64,000 nt of DNA from sequence record OP292222.1, one strand, 5' to 3'. The stretch is from Escherichia phage Esco_phi_B-01. Positions within the stretch are counted from its first letter, which is position 1, and every line of letters starts with the position of its first letter. Under the pieces are notes generated by a model that saw only the letters and a program-made list of their open reading frames with translations, made no database searches and had not been told where the DNA came from. This document shows, one piece after another, positions 45,705 through 56,189 of this stretch. The translations under genes were made by a program, and so were the position numbers.

Positions 45705-47373
45705 GTTAAAAAAAGTAACGTATAAAAATATTATGTCGGTAGGGCAGCAGCCCATTACAATCCAACTTGACAAGGTCCAAAAGACCTTAGTCACTGGTAA
45801 AAATGGTGCAGGGAAATCAACATTCCTTGAAGCTGTAACATTTGCTCTGTTCGGTAAGCCTTTTCGTGATGTTAAGAAAGGGCAGTTGATTAACTCAAGT
45901 AACAAGAAAGACCTTTTGGTCGAACTGTGGATGGAATATGATGGCAAAGAATACTATATCAAACGCGGGCAAAAACCCAACGTTTTTGAAATCTCTTGTG
46001 ACGGTGAACGTCTTGATGAATCTGCCAGCAGTAAAGACTTCCAAGCGGAATTTGAACAGCTTATCGGAATGTCCTATGCAAGCTTCAAACAAATTGTCGT
46101 ACTCGGCACAGCTGGATATACCCCTTTTATGGGCCTATCCACTCCTGCAAGAAGAAAACTCGTCGAAGACCTCTTAGAGGTTTCTGTATTAGCGGATATG
46201 GATAAGTTAAACAAATCTTTGATTCGTGAGACTAATAGCCAAATCCAAGTAATAGACGTTAAGCAAGATTCTATTACCCAACAAATTAAAATTTATAATG
46301 ACAACGAAGAACGTCAACGTAAATTATCTGGCGAAAACGCTGCCCGTCTACAATTAATGTATGATGAGCTCGTTAAAGAAGCCAGGACTGCGAAGGCGAG
46401 CATAGAATCCCTGACTGATGAATTACTCAATGTTATCGTAGATGATGACCCTAGCGACTCCATGAGTGACCTGAGTAATAAAGGATTTGCAATCAAAAAT
46501 GATATGGCGACCTTTACAAAGGTGGTTAAGTTATACGAAACTGGTGGTCACTGCCCTACGTGTATGCAAGGGTTAGAAGAGCATGGTAATATCCTTACTA
46601 AAATTAAGGATAAAAACTTTGAGCTTCAAAAATCTTTGGATAAGATTAATGAGCAATACCAAGAGCTCAAGCTCATTAAAGACCAAGTAACCGAACAACG
46701 CAATAAAGCGTTGGCTATTAAATCTCAGATAGCTACTCATAAGCAGCAAGCCATTACTGCTGTAGAGAAAGCCAAAAAGGTTAAGGTATTAATTGACCAA
46801 GCAGCAGCTGAGTTCGTAAGTAATGCCGAAGAGATTGCTACGCTTCAAGCAGAGCTTGATAAAATCGTCTCTACCAAATCGTCCTTGGTAATGGAAAAAT
46901 ATCATCGTGGAATTCTGACAGAAATGTTGAAGGATACTGGTATTAAAGGTTCCATTATTAAGAAATACATTCCTATCTTTAATAAGCAGATTAATTCTTA
47001 TTTGAAGATTATGGAAGCGGACTACGTCTTTACCCTAGACGAAGAATTCAATGAGACGATTAAATCACGTGGACGTGAAGACTTTAGTTATGCTTCATTT
47101 TCACAGGGTGAGAAAGCACGTATTGATATAGCACTTCTTTTTACATGGCGCGATATTGCTTCTAAGGTATCAGGTGTTAATATCAGCACGTTAATTCTTG
47201 ATGAAGTTTTTGATAGTGCAACTGACGCTGAAGGCGTTAAGAGCATTGCAACCATCTTGAATAGCCTTGAGGATACGAACGTGTTCATTATCTCTCACCG
47301 AGACCATGACCCACAAGCTTATGGCCAACATCTTCAAATGAAGAAAGTTGGGCGATTCACGGTGTTAGAATGA
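45691..47373 (+). CDS. 46: recombination endonuclease subunit gp46 (Rad50-like ATPase)
   Basis: Walker A GKNGAGKST, long coiled-coil centre with CPTC zinc hook, C-terminal signature SQGE and Walker B LILDEV; 560 aa. Confidence 0.85.
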   Translation: MKTFKLKKVTYKNIMSVGQQPITIQLDKVQKTLVTGKNGAGKSTFLEAVTFALFGKPFRDVKKGQLINSSNKKDLLVELWMEYDGKEYYIKRGQKPNVFEISCDGERLDESASSKDFQAEFEQLIGMSYASFKQIVVLGTAGYTPFMGLSTPARRKLVEDLLEVSVLADMDKLNKSLIRETNSQIQVIDVKQDSITQQIKIYNDNEERQRKLSGENAARLQLMYDELVKEARTAKASIESLTDELLNVIVDDDPSDSMSDLSNKGFAIKNDMATFTKVVKLYETGGHCPTCMQGLEEHGNILTKIKDKNFELQKSLDKINEQYQELKLIKDQVTEQRNKALAIKSQIATHKQQAITAVEKAKKVKVLIDQAAAEFVSNAEEIATLQAELDKIVSTKSSLVMEKYHRGILTEMLKDTGIKGSIIKKYIPIFNKQINSYLKIMEADYVFTLDEEFNETIKSRGREDFSYASFSQGEKARIDIALLFTWRDIASKVSGVNISTLILDEVFDSATDAEGVKSIATILNSLEDTNVFIISHRDHDPQAYGQHLQMKKVGRFTVLE

Positions 47374-47561
47374 GTGATTTTATAACAGGCCAGCATTTGT
47401 TGGCCGTTCCAGAAATAAAGAGATATGTTTTAGTTAACAACTTCTCTGGAGACGAACATCTTGTTACTGAAGATTATCTCCAAAATGCTTTTAAGTCAGA
47501 ATATGTTACAATAATGTCAAATAGAAATCCAGCATGGTTTGTCTATGAGTACTTTGATTAA
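47370..47561 (+). CDS. hypothetical protein
   Basis: 63 aa. Confidence 0.45.
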   Translation: MSDFITGQHLLAVPEIKRYVLVNNFSGDEHLVTEDYLQNAFKSEYVTIMSNRNPAWFVYEYFD

Positions 47562-47617
47562 ATTGCTTTAAAATATTGATTTATAATACATTTACCAACT
47601 AAATGAGAGAAAATATT

Positions 47618-48037
47618 ATGTTTGCTACTTCTAATGGCGTTACCGTTAAAGATATCCAAGTTAAAACCATCCGTACTGATTCCAACCCACATAATCAGAA
47701 CCGTATCCGTAAATCATGGGTACTGAATATTGATACCAACTCTGCACGCCGATTGCAGTCTCTTCCACAAGAAACCAAGTTTATGCTGTACAGTATCATC
47801 GATAATGATGTATCTGATAAGTGGATTGAAATCATGCGTAAACACTTTAAAGATTCTTTGGCTGCAGGTGCTAAACTTGTTATCGACCGCGACGGTTCTG
47901 AACGTTTAGAAGATGATTATTGCGTCGACCCTGATGAGCAGTTGCTTGAAGCCGGTTCTATTATTGCTTCCAAGATTCCAGAGTATATTGAATCTCTGCC
48001 TGAATCAATCCGTAAACAAATGATCGTAATTGCTTAA
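47618..48037 (+). CDS. hypothetical protein at the rpbA position (between 46 and 45)
   Basis: 139 aa from the ATG after GAGAGAAAATATT; name by synteny only. Confidence 0.45.
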   Translation: MFATSNGVTVKDIQVKTIRTDSNPHNQNRIRKSWVLNIDTNSARRLQSLPQETKFMLYSIIDNDVSDKWIEIMRKHFKDSLAAGAKLVIDRDGSERLEDDYCVDPDEQLLEAGSIIASKIPEYIESLPESIRKQMIVIA

Positions 48038-48062
48038 TAATTTGACTTGATAAGGAAACATT

Positions 48063-48761
48063 ATGAAATTCTCTAAAGAAACCCTGAACATTCTTAAAAA
48101 CTTCTCTGGTATTAACCCAGGCATTATGCTTAAACCAGGTAACACCATTCTGACCCGATCTGTTACCGGTGCAAGTTACGGTGAAGCTACTGTAAGTGAT
48201 ACCTTCGATATCGAAGCGGCAATCTATGATTTGAATGGCTTCTTAAGTATTCTGTCTTTGGTATCGGAAAGTGCTGAAGTTTCGGTAAGTGAAGACCAAA
48301 CCACATTAATTATTAAAGACCAACGTTCAACAATTAAGTGGCCTATTGCTGACCCAAGCACAATCGCATTCCCAAGTAAAGCTATTCCGTTCCCTGTGGC
48401 TGAAGTTATTTTCGACCTGAAAGCCGAAGATTATCAACAGTTGATGCGTGTGTCCTCCGGTCTGAGTATTGATACATTTGCAATCACTGTAGACGATGGT
48501 AAAATTGTTATCAACGGTTATAAACAAGTCGACGATAAAGAATTAACTCGTCCATTGTATTCTCTGGTCGTGGCTGACCATGATGGTCCTGACTTTAAGT
48601 TCATCATTAACAAAACCAATATGAAAATGATGCCTGCCGATTATCATGTGTTGTTATGGGCGCGCGGTGAAGGTCAGGATGCTCGATTTGCAGCTAAGTT
48701 TGAAGGTACACAAGCTTCTTACGTATTAGCTATGGAAGCAGGCTCAAGCCACTCGTTCTAA
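48063..48761 (+). CDS. 45: sliding clamp gp45
   Basis: 232 aa; SILSLV...NMKMMPADYHVLLWA closely matches T4 gp45. Confidence 0.9.
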   Translation: MKFSKETLNILKNFSGINPGIMLKPGNTILTRSVTGASYGEATVSDTFDIEAAIYDLNGFLSILSLVSESAEVSVSEDQTTLIIKDQRSTIKWPIADPSTIAFPSKAIPFPVAEVIFDLKAEDYQQLMRVSSGLSIDTFAITVDDGKIVINGYKQVDDKELTRPLYSLVVADHDGPDFKFIINKTNMKMMPADYHVLLWARGEGQDARFAAKFEGTQASYVLAMEAGSSHSF

Positions 48762-48822
48762 AGCATAGGGAGGAATTTCCTCCCTTGGAGTATAATGTAA
48801 AAACAAACCTGAGGAAATTAAT

Positions 48823-49782
48823 ATGCTTACAGTAAATAATAATGAATTCATGTTCGAACAGAAATATCGTCCAGGTACTTTATCTGAATGTATTCTGCCT
48901 GCTCATGATAAAGAAACTCTCCAAGCCATTGTTAATAAGGGCCTAATCCCTAACATTATCCTAGTCTCTGCTTCACCAGGCACAGGTAAAACTACCGTGG
49001 CTAAAGCATTGTGTGCTGATACAAATTCAGACATGTTGTTTGTTAACGGTTCCGACTGTCGTATTGATTTCGTTCGTAACGAACTTACTCGTTTTGCATC
49101 TTCTAAATCTATCGAAGGTAAACGTAAGGTAATTGTTATTGACGAATTCGACCGTGCTGGTGTTGCTGAAGCTCAACGCCACCTTCGTTCATTCTTAGAG
49201 GCCTATTCCTCAAACTGTTCTGTAATTATTACAGCAAACAATATTGATGGTATCATCGGTCCACTTCAATCCCGTTGTCGTGTAATTAAATTTGGTGAAG
49301 CCACTCCAGCTGACCAAACAGCCATGATGAAAGAAATGATTCATCGTGCCGTAGCAATTTGTAAAAACGAAAATATCGAAGTCGAAGACCTTAAAGTTAT
49401 TGCTGCTTTAGTTAAACAAAACTTCCCTGACTTCCGTAAAACAGTTAACCAACTGGACCGTTATTCCTCAAGTGGTAAAATCGATGCAGGCATTTTGAGT
49501 ATTGTAATGAATACCAATTCGCCTATTGATGAAGTAGTGGCTGCACTGAAAGATAAAAACTTTAAAGAACTCCGTGCATTAGCTCCACGTCATGTCAATG
49601 ATTATGCCAACTTTATTATGGCATTGGCTAACGAACTCTATGGTAAATTGCCTGGACCAAGCATTGTTAGAATGTATGAAATCGTCGGTGAAAATAACCA
49701 ATACCACGGTATTGCTGCTAACCCAGAAATTCACCTGACTTATCTGTTTATCCAACTTGCTCTGGAGCTCCAATGGCTATAA
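48823..49782 (+). CDS. 44: clamp loader large subunit gp44
   Basis: 319 aa, Walker A SPGTGKTT, Walker B VIVIDEFD. Confidence 0.9.
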   Translation: MLTVNNNEFMFEQKYRPGTLSECILPAHDKETLQAIVNKGLIPNIILVSASPGTGKTTVAKALCADTNSDMLFVNGSDCRIDFVRNELTRFASSKSIEGKRKVIVIDEFDRAGVAEAQRHLRSFLEAYSSNCSVIITANNIDGIIGPLQSRCRVIKFGEATPADQTAMMKEMIHRAVAICKNENIEVEDLKVIAALVKQNFPDFRKTVNQLDRYSSSGKIDAGILSIVMNTNSPIDEVVAALKDKNFKELRALAPRHVNDYANFIMALANELYGKLPGPSIVRMYEIVGENNQYHGIAANPEIHLTYLFIQLALELQWL

Positions 49783-50345
49783 GTCTTTTTGATGATGACG
49801 TTGAACTGAATGAACATGAAGTTGCTTGGAAACAACGTAACGACGCTGCTATTCAAGCCTTGGCCGATTCATTTAAAGAAAAGGCTGAAAACGAATTGTT
49901 TGCCATTATGAACGATATCACATACGGTAAAAAACAACGTAACTTGGCTCAATCAGAAAACTATAATCAATTTTGGCTAGATAATAGTTTGAGCCAGCAC
50001 GTAGATTGCATTATGCAAGCCGCGATGGTTAACTGTCTTAAACTTGACGACCAAAGTCACTTCAATTATCTTTTACATGCTGTTCCTAAGGGTAAGAGAT
50101 TTGGTAAATGGGCTAAGGCCCATGATGATGAAGTTAGTGTAGTTTTTATTACTCGTTTATTGATGAAATACCATTCAATTAATAATGATGACGCTTATCG
50201 TTATCTCGAGACTTATAAAATTAAAGGCCATCTTCCGGCAATGCTTAAGAAGATGAAAGGGTTGGTTACGGACGAGTTCCTGAAATCCGTAACTAAAAAT
50301 GTGAAAGAACAAAAAGATTTGAAAAAGAAAGCATTGGAATGGTAA
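49773..50345 (+). CDS. 62: clamp loader small subunit gp62
   Basis: 190 aa directly after gene 44. Confidence 0.8.
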   Translation: MAISLFDDDVELNEHEVAWKQRNDAAIQALADSFKEKAENELFAIMNDITYGKKQRNLAQSENYNQFWLDNSLSQHVDCIMQAAMVNCLKLDDQSHFNYLLHAVPKGKRFGKWAKAHDDEVSVVFITRLLMKYHSINNDDAYRYLETYKIKGHLPAMLKKMKGLVTDEFLKSVTKNVKEQKDLKKKALEW

Positions 50346-50351
50346 ATTAAA

Positions 50352-50714
50352 ATGATTGAAATTACTCTGAAACAACCTGAAGACTTCTTGAAAGTGAAAG
50401 AGACCCTAACTCGTATGGGTATCGCTAATAATAAAGAAAAGAAACTATATCAATCCTGTCACATTTTGCAAAAGCAAGGACGGTATTATATTGTCCACTT
50501 TAAAGAGATGTTGCGTATGGATGGCCGCCAGGTAGATATCGATGGTGAAGACTACCAACGCCGTGATTCCATAGCCCAGCTTCTTAAGGATTGGGGACTT
50601 ATTGATATTGTAGACGATTCTGAATTGTTCGAAATTACTAATAATTTCCGTGTCATTTCATTTAAACAGAAAAATGACTGGGAACTGCTGTCTAAGTATA
50701 CGATTGGTAATTAA
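50352..50714 (+). CDS. regA: translational repressor RegA
   Basis: MIEITLKQPEDFLKVKETLTRMGIANNKEK...FRVISFKQK closely matches T4 RegA. Confidence 0.9.
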   Translation: MIEITLKQPEDFLKVKETLTRMGIANNKEKKLYQSCHILQKQGRYYIVHFKEMLRMDGRQVDIDGEDYQRRDSIAQLLKDWGLIDIVDDSELFEITNNFRVISFKQKNDWELLSKYTIGN

Positions 50715-50724
50715 GTTTAAGCAA

Positions 50725-50745
50725 AGGGACTTTGGTCCCTTTTTG
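50725..50745 (+). terminator. hairpin plus T run between regA and gene 43 (terminator and/or gene 43 translational operator)
   Basis: AGGGAC-TTTG-GTCCCT plus TTTT, followed by GAGTATAAT and the gene 43 RBS. Confidence 0.5.
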
Positions 50746-50802
50746 GAGTATAATTATTCATCAACAAACAAAAGACAATCACTCGTCTATAAAGGAAATG
50801 AA

Positions 50803-53514
50803 ATGCAAGAATTCTATTTGACAGTCGAACAAATCGGTGATAATATTCTCGAACGTTACATCGATAAAAATGGTAACGAACGTAGTCGTGAAGTTCCTTA
50901 CAAGCCTACAATGTTTATGCATGCCAACCCAGAGCAAGCCGTAAAATATATTGACATCTACGGTAAGGGCTGTGTTAAGAAAGAATTCGATTCAATGCGC
51001 GATGCTTCTCAGTGGATGAAGCGAATGGACGATATGGGTCTCGAAGCCCTTGGTATGGACGACTACAAATTAGCCTATTTGTCTGATACCTATCGTAAAG
51101 AAATCAAGTATGATTCTTCCAAGATTCGTATTGCTAACTTCGACATCGAGGTAACATCTCCTGATGGATTCCCTGAACCTGCCCAGGCTAAACATCCTAT
51201 CGATGCCATTACTCACTACGACTCGATTGACGATAAATTCTATGTATTCGACCTTTTAGTTTCACCTTATGGTACGGTCGAAGAGTGGTCGATTAAAATC
51301 GCTGAGAAACTCCAAGACGAAGGTGGTGACGAAGTTCCACAAGAAATCATTGACAAAATCGTTTATCTTCCGTTTAATTCTGAAGAAGAAATGATGCTTG
51401 AGTATCTGAATTTCTGGCAACAGAAAACTCCTGTGATTTTGACTGGATGGAACGTTGAATCATTTGACGTGCCATACGTTTATAACCGTCTGAAAAATCT
51501 GTTTGGTGAGAACACTGCTAAGCGATTAAGCCCGCATCGTAAGACTCGTGTTAAAGTTATCGAGAATATGTACGGTGTTCGTGAAATTATTACACTGTTC
51601 GGTATTTCTGTTCTGGATTATATCGACCTTTATAAAAAATTCAGCTTTACTAACCAGCCTTCTTATTCTCTGGATTATGTTTCTGAATATGAATTGAAAG
51701 TAGGTAAGTTGAAATATGATGGTCCTATCTCCAAGTTACGTGAGACAAACCACCAACGATATATTTCCTATAACATTATCGACGTATATCGTGTTGTGCA
51801 GATTGATATGAAACGCCAGTTCATTCTTCTTAGTCTGGACATGGGTTATTATGCTAAGATGCAGATTCAGTCAGTGTTCAGTCCAATTAAGACTTGGGAC
51901 GCTATTATCTTTAATAGCCTTAAAGAACAGGGTAAAGTTATTCCTCAGGCCAAATCGCATGCGGTTCAACCTTATCCAGGTGCTTTCGTTAAGGAACCTA
52001 TTCCTAACGCGTACAAATATGTAATGAGTTTCGACCTTACATCTCTGTACCCAAGTATCATTCGACAAGTGAATATAAGCCCAGAGACCATCGCAGGCAC
52101 ATTCGCCAACGCACCGATACATGAATATATTGCCGGAACTGCTCCGCGTCCTAGCGACACCTACAGTTGCTCTCCTAACGGCATGATGTACTATAAAGAC
52201 CGTGATGGTGTGATTCCTACAGAAATCACGAAGGTGTTCTTACAACGTAAAGAACATAAAGGTTATATGCTCGCAGCTCAACGTAATGGTGAGTTAATTA
52301 AAGAAGCATTAGAAAATCCTAATCCATCTGTTGATAGTCCACTGGATATCGATTATCGTTTCGACTTCTCTGACGAAATCAAAGCCCAGATTAAAAAATT
52401 GTCAGCATCTTCTTTAAAAGAAATGTTGTTCAAAGCCGAACGTACTGAAGTCGCAGGTATGACTGCTCAGATTAACCGTAAGTTGCTTATCAACTCCCTT
52501 TATGGTGCACTTGGTAACGTATGGTTCCGTTACTATGACCTCAGGAACGCAACTGCAATCACATTGTTTGGTCAAATGGCCCTCCAATGGATTGAACGTA
52601 AGGTTAACGAATATCTGAATAGCGTATGTAAGACCGAAAACCAGAAGTTCGTGCTCTATGGTGATACCGACTCCATTTATGTTAAGGCCGATGCAATCAT
52701 CAATAAAGTAGGCGAAGATAAATTCCGTGATACTAACCACTGGGTTGACTTCTTAGATAAATTTGCACGTGAACGTATGGAACCAGCTATTGATGCAGGC
52801 TTCCGTGAGATGTGTGAATACATGAACAATAAACAGCACTTGATGTTCATGGACCGAGAAGCTATCGCAGGTCCTCCACTTGGTTCTAAAGGTCTTGGTG
52901 GATTCTGGACAGGCAAGAAACGTTATGCACTGAACGTTTGGGACATGGAAGGTACTCGTTATGCCGAACCACACTTGAAAATCATGGGTCTCGAAACTCA
53001 GAAATCAAGTACACCTAAAGCGGTTCAGAAAGCACTGAAAGAATGTATCCGTCGTATGCTTCAAGAAGGCGAGGCCTCTTTGCAAGAGTATTTCAAACAG
53101 TTTAATAAGGAATTTAACGAATTAGACTATGTAAGCATTGCTGCAGTATCCAGTGCTAACAACATCGAGAAATATAATGAAGGTGGTTTCCCTGGTTCTA
53201 AATGCCCGTATCACATCAAAGGTTGCTTAGCTTACATGCGTGCTTCTGCTGGTGATTTGACTATGCCTCGTATCGTTGATGGTGAAAAGGTATATGTACT
53301 GCCACTTAAAGAAGGCAACCCGTTCGGTGAAGCTTGTATGGCATGGCCGTCAGGTATTGAACTTCCGATTCAGATTCGTGACCAAGTCCTCCGTTGGATG
53401 GACTACAACGTACTGTTCCAAAAGACCTTTATCAAACCCCTGACCGGTTTTACTGAGTCTGCTAAAATCGACTACGAGAAAAAAGCAACATTATTTGACA
53501 TGTTTGACTTTTAA
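50803..53514 (+). CDS. 43: DNA polymerase gp43 (family B)
   Basis: 903 aa from MQEFYLTVEQIGDN; exonuclease motif FDIEV, polymerase motifs SLYPSI and YGDTDS; N-terminus resembles RB69 pol. Confidence 0.9.
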   Translation: MQEFYLTVEQIGDNILERYIDKNGNERSREVPYKPTMFMHANPEQAVKYIDIYGKGCVKKEFDSMRDASQWMKRMDDMGLEALGMDDYKLAYLSDTYRKEIKYDSSKIRIANFDIEVTSPDGFPEPAQAKHPIDAITHYDSIDDKFYVFDLLVSPYGTVEEWSIKIAEKLQDEGGDEVPQEIIDKIVYLPFNSEEEMMLEYLNFWQQKTPVILTGWNVESFDVPYVYNRLKNLFGENTAKRLSPHRKTRVKVIENMYGVREIITLFGISVLDYIDLYKKFSFTNQPSYSLDYVSEYELKVGKLKYDGPISKLRETNHQRYISYNIIDVYRVVQIDMKRQFILLSLDMGYYAKMQIQSVFSPIKTWDAIIFNSLKEQGKVIPQAKSHAVQPYPGAFVKEPIPNAYKYVMSFDLTSLYPSIIRQVNISPETIAGTFANAPIHEYIAGTAPRPSDTYSCSPNGMMYYKDRDGVIPTEITKVFLQRKEHKGYMLAAQRNGELIKEALENPNPSVDSPLDIDYRFDFSDEIKAQIKKLSASSLKEMLFKAERTEVAGMTAQINRKLLINSLYGALGNVWFRYYDLRNATAITLFGQMALQWIERKVNEYLNSVCKTENQKFVLYGDTDSIYVKADAIINKVGEDKFRDTNHWVDFLDKFARERMEPAIDAGFREMCEYMNNKQHLMFMDREAIAGPPLGSKGLGGFWTGKKRYALNVWDMEGTRYAEPHLKIMGLETQKSSTPKAVQKALKECIRRMLQEGEASLQEYFKQFNKEFNELDYVSIAAVSSANNIEKYNEGGFPGSKCPYHIKGCLAYMRASAGDLTMPRIVDGEKVYVLPLKEGNPFGEACMAWPSGIELPIQIRDQVLRWMDYNVLFQKTFIKPLTGFTESAKIDYEKKATLFDMFDF

Positions 53515-53516
53515 GT

Positions 53517-53570
53517 GTTTACATACCACATGGAACGTGGTATTATCCTTCCTATCAACTACATGAGGAA
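53517..53570 (+). promoter_or_regulatory. PeSL-like early promoter
   Basis: GTTTAC 53517-53522, TATTAT 53541-53546, CCTATCAACTACATGAGGAA. Confidence 0.55.
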
Positions 53571-53576
53571 ATTATA

Positions 53577-53813
53577 ATGGAAGCTTTAATCGTTAGTGCT
53601 GGTGTTTTAGGATTCGGTTCTCTGGCTATTATGTTCATTGGTTACTTTTTACCATGGATTCTAGCTCTTTTGCGAGGCACCCGTAGCAATGTCGGAATCT
53701 TCTTCCTTAATCTCTTGTTAGGATGGACGATGATTGGTTGGGTAGTGGCTTTAATCTGGGCCATCGTCGCTGAACGTAAATCAAACGCACAAATCATTAT
53801 CGTTAAACAATGA
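53577..53813 (+). CDS. imm: superinfection immunity protein Imm-like
   Basis: 78 aa, two TM helices, LLGWTMIGWVVALIWA motif; immediately after gene 43 as in T4. Confidence 0.65.
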   Translation: MEALIVSAGVLGFGSLAIMFIGYFLPWILALLRGTRSNVGIFFLNLLLGWTMIGWVVALIWAIVAERKSNAQIIIVKQ

Positions 53814-53947
53814 AGATAATTATTTTATTTCTTATAATGACTGCCTTTACCGTTTATTGGGCAGTGGCAATTCCTCCAATGATTCCAACATTAATCATAG
53901 GATGGATTATTCTTATAGCACAAATTAAGTATAACTGTTTTAATTGA
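53810..53947 (+). CDS. small hydrophobic membrane peptide
   Basis: 45 aa ORF below the track cutoff, ATGA overlap with imm stop, almost entirely hydrophobic. Confidence 0.35.
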   Translation: MKIIILFLIMTAFTVYWAVAIPPMIPTLIIGWIILIAQIKYNCFN

Positions 53948-53954
53948 GGATATT

Positions 53955-54455
53955 ATGAAAAAGTTAATTATCGCAATGAGTATGCTCCTATCAGGTTGCG
54001 CGGTCCAATACGGTGATGCAGTTTCGGCTGATGAAGTTGGTAAAGCTCGTATTGCAGCTGAACAGAAACAATTCGACGGCGAAATGAAATTCCGTGCCGG
54101 TTCTGGACTTGTGTATACCCGAGCTAATAATCAATGTGGTAATAACTGTGCAAAATATGCTCAAAGGGAAATCGAATTCCAACGTGAACAAGAGTCTAAG
54201 CGTGAAGAGGTACTAGCCAAACACCAGGCAGAAATGAAGCGCCAAGATGATTTGTACAAAAAGCAGAAACTGTATTCTATGTGTGTAAACCATATCAATC
54301 TACAGATTTCTGTCCATGAGGCTCGTTATTACGAAATGCTCGAAACCGAGAGCTTCGATAAAGCTCGTGATTATAAGAAACAAATCAACAAGCTTAAGAC
54401 CAAAGTGCCTGCTGCAGTAGAACAGTGCATGGAATACGGTAAAGATAAGATTTAA
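53955..54455 (+). CDS. lipoprotein (hypothetical)
   Basis: signal peptide with lipobox LLSGC; charged coiled-coil mature part. Confidence 0.55.
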   Translation: MKKLIIAMSMLLSGCAVQYGDAVSADEVGKARIAAEQKQFDGEMKFRAGSGLVYTRANNQCGNNCAKYAQREIEFQREQESKREEVLAKHQAEMKRQDDLYKKQKLYSMCVNHINLQISVHEARYYEMLETESFDKARDYKKQINKLKTKVPAAVEQCMEYGKDKI

Positions 54456-54515
54456 GCAATAGAAATTTATTAAAAATAGTGTATAATGTACCTACATTCA
54501 CTTGAGGAACAGATA

Positions 54516-56189
54516 ATGAAAAAGGTTGTTATTTTAGGCGCAGGTCTTGGCTCACGGTTGTATCCAATTACTAACGAAATCCCGAAGGTATTGGTTAACT
54601 ATAAACAACATACGGTATTAAAGCATTTGTATGATTTGTATAGTAACCAATCAGATGAAATTATTCTGGTTATTCACAGCAAATTTAACGACCTCGTTAA
54701 AGGCTATATTAAATCCATTAACATGATTACTGGTGATAAGCCTAAATTCACTATTCGTAACGTTGATGTTGCTAATGGTTCAGCTCATGCAATCGATTGC
54801 ATTGCCGAAGATATCATTGGCCATAATGTCCTGTTTAACTGGTGTGACATCATTCCTATCGGTCATAAAGTTGAATGGGGTAACGACTACTGTTATACCT
54901 ATGGAACTGACTGTCGTTTTACATTTGAAGAACCGTACTTACGTGAAATTGGTACTGGTGGCGGTGTAGTTGGTTTGTATCAGGTAGCCAATTGGACAGG
55001 TTTCGACCGTTCTAATTATGGTGAAGACCTTGCTGATAACCTGGATTCAATGGTCTATTTGACCGAACGTAAACTGGATTTTGTAGTTGATGTCGGTGAC
55101 AAATTGAAACTGGCTAAGGCCCATGAAGAATCTGAAATTAACCGTGAATTTAATAAATTAGAATTCACCGAGAATCTGGCTATTAAAGTACCAACTAACG
55201 AATTAGGTAAAGAAATTCAATCTAAAGAAATCAATTGGTATAATTCTATTGATTCTGAATTCGTTCCTAGCATTGTAGACTTTTCTCCAGGCGAATTCAT
55301 TAAAATGGAACGTATCTTTGGTCGAACCATGGCAGATGCCTACCGGTTTATGTCCAAAGAAACTAAAGTCCTCATGGTTTATAAGGTCATTAGTGCATTA
55401 CGTTCATTTGGTGGAACTATTGATAACCCGTCCGATGAGCAATGGTATTCCGATGTTAAGAAAGAAGTATTGGACAAGGTCCTTATTCGTAATGCTTCTA
55501 TTGCTGGATTGATTGAAGGCTTTGCTCCACAGGGCATTACCCATGTTAACGATTTCAAAGTAGGCGACCCTGAAAAACTTCTTCGCCATGCACTAGAAAT
55601 TCTGTCTGAACATAAAGAACCGTACCAACTTATTCATGGCGACCCGCACTACAGTAATATTATGCTGTCGGACGAAGGTGATATTAAAATCATCGACCCA
55701 CGTGGTTATTTCGGTAATAGTTCTAAAGGCCCTGCGATTTATGATGAAGCTAAGGTGCTTTATTCTATCGATGGCTATGACAAATTTAACTCAGACCCTC
55801 TATGGGGCGGATTAACTCGTAACGGAACTCGTGTATTCGTTGATATCGAAAAGATTATGCCTTTAGACGATATCCCTATGTGCACATTTAAGCACAAGCT
55901 CTGGATTGCTGTTATTTGGATGGCTCTGGCAGGTTACTTTAAGAATAACCCTCTGAAAGCTCTAGGTGCTTATTATAACGGTTTGTACCAACTGAGTGTG
56001 CTGCTGAAGCGGCATCCTCGTAAGCGTAAGCTTATTACGGGTGAATTTGTCGATGAAGTTCGTGACCCTATTACGGCTCAAATTATTACTCGTTGTCCTG
56101 ATAAGTGGGTTTTGCTTGACCAGGAAACTGGTGTAAAATATAAACCTACAGGTTCTACTGAACTCCACAAACAATGGAAGAAAATTTAA
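54516..56189 (+). CDS. bifunctional nucleotidyltransferase / small-molecule kinase fusion
   Basis: N-terminus KVVILGAGLGSRLYPITNEIPKVLV fits sugar-phosphate (LicC/MurU/RmlA-type) nucleotidyltransferases; C-terminus LIHGDPHYSNIM...IIDPRG fits the APH/choline-kinase-like catalytic loop. Confidence 0.6.
   Translation: MKKVVILGAGLGSRLYPITNEIPKVLVNYKQHTVLKHLYDLYSNQSDEIILVIHSKFNDLVKGYIKSINMITGDKPKFTIRNVDVANGSAHAIDCIAEDIIGHNVLFNWCDIIPIGHKVEWGNDYCYTYGTDCRFTFEEPYLREIGTGGGVVGLYQVANWTGFDRSNYGEDLADNLDSMVYLTERKLDFVVDVGDKLKLAKAHEESEINREFNKLEFTENLAIKVPTNELGKEIQSKEINWYNSIDSEFVPSIVDFSPGEFIKMERIFGRTMADAYRFMSKETKVLMVYKVISALRSFGGTIDNPSDEQWYSDVKKEVLDKVLIRNASIAGLIEGFAPQGITHVNDFKVGDPEKLLRHALEILSEHKEPYQLIHGDPHYSNIMLSDEGDIKIIDPRGYFGNSSKGPAIYDEAKVLYSIDGYDKFNSDPLWGGLTRNGTRVFVDIEKIMPLDDIPMCTFKHKLWIAVIWMALAGYFKNNPLKALGAYYNGLYQLSVLLKRHPRKRKLITGEFVDEVRDPITAQIITRCPDKWVLLDQETGVKYKPTGSTELHKQWKKI

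Noticed and set aside
48768-48790. Hairpin GGGAGG-AATTT-CCTCCC between genes 45 and 44 as a terminator
   Set aside because: No T run follows; it more likely modulates the gene 44 RBS than terminates transcription.
50650-50802. N-terminal 51-codon extension of the gene 43 ORF (track start 50650)
   Set aside because: The extension overlaps the regA 3' end and the intergenic hairpin. The ATG at 50803 has an RBS and gives MQEFYLTVEQIGDN, matching the known gp43 N-terminus and a 903-aa length.
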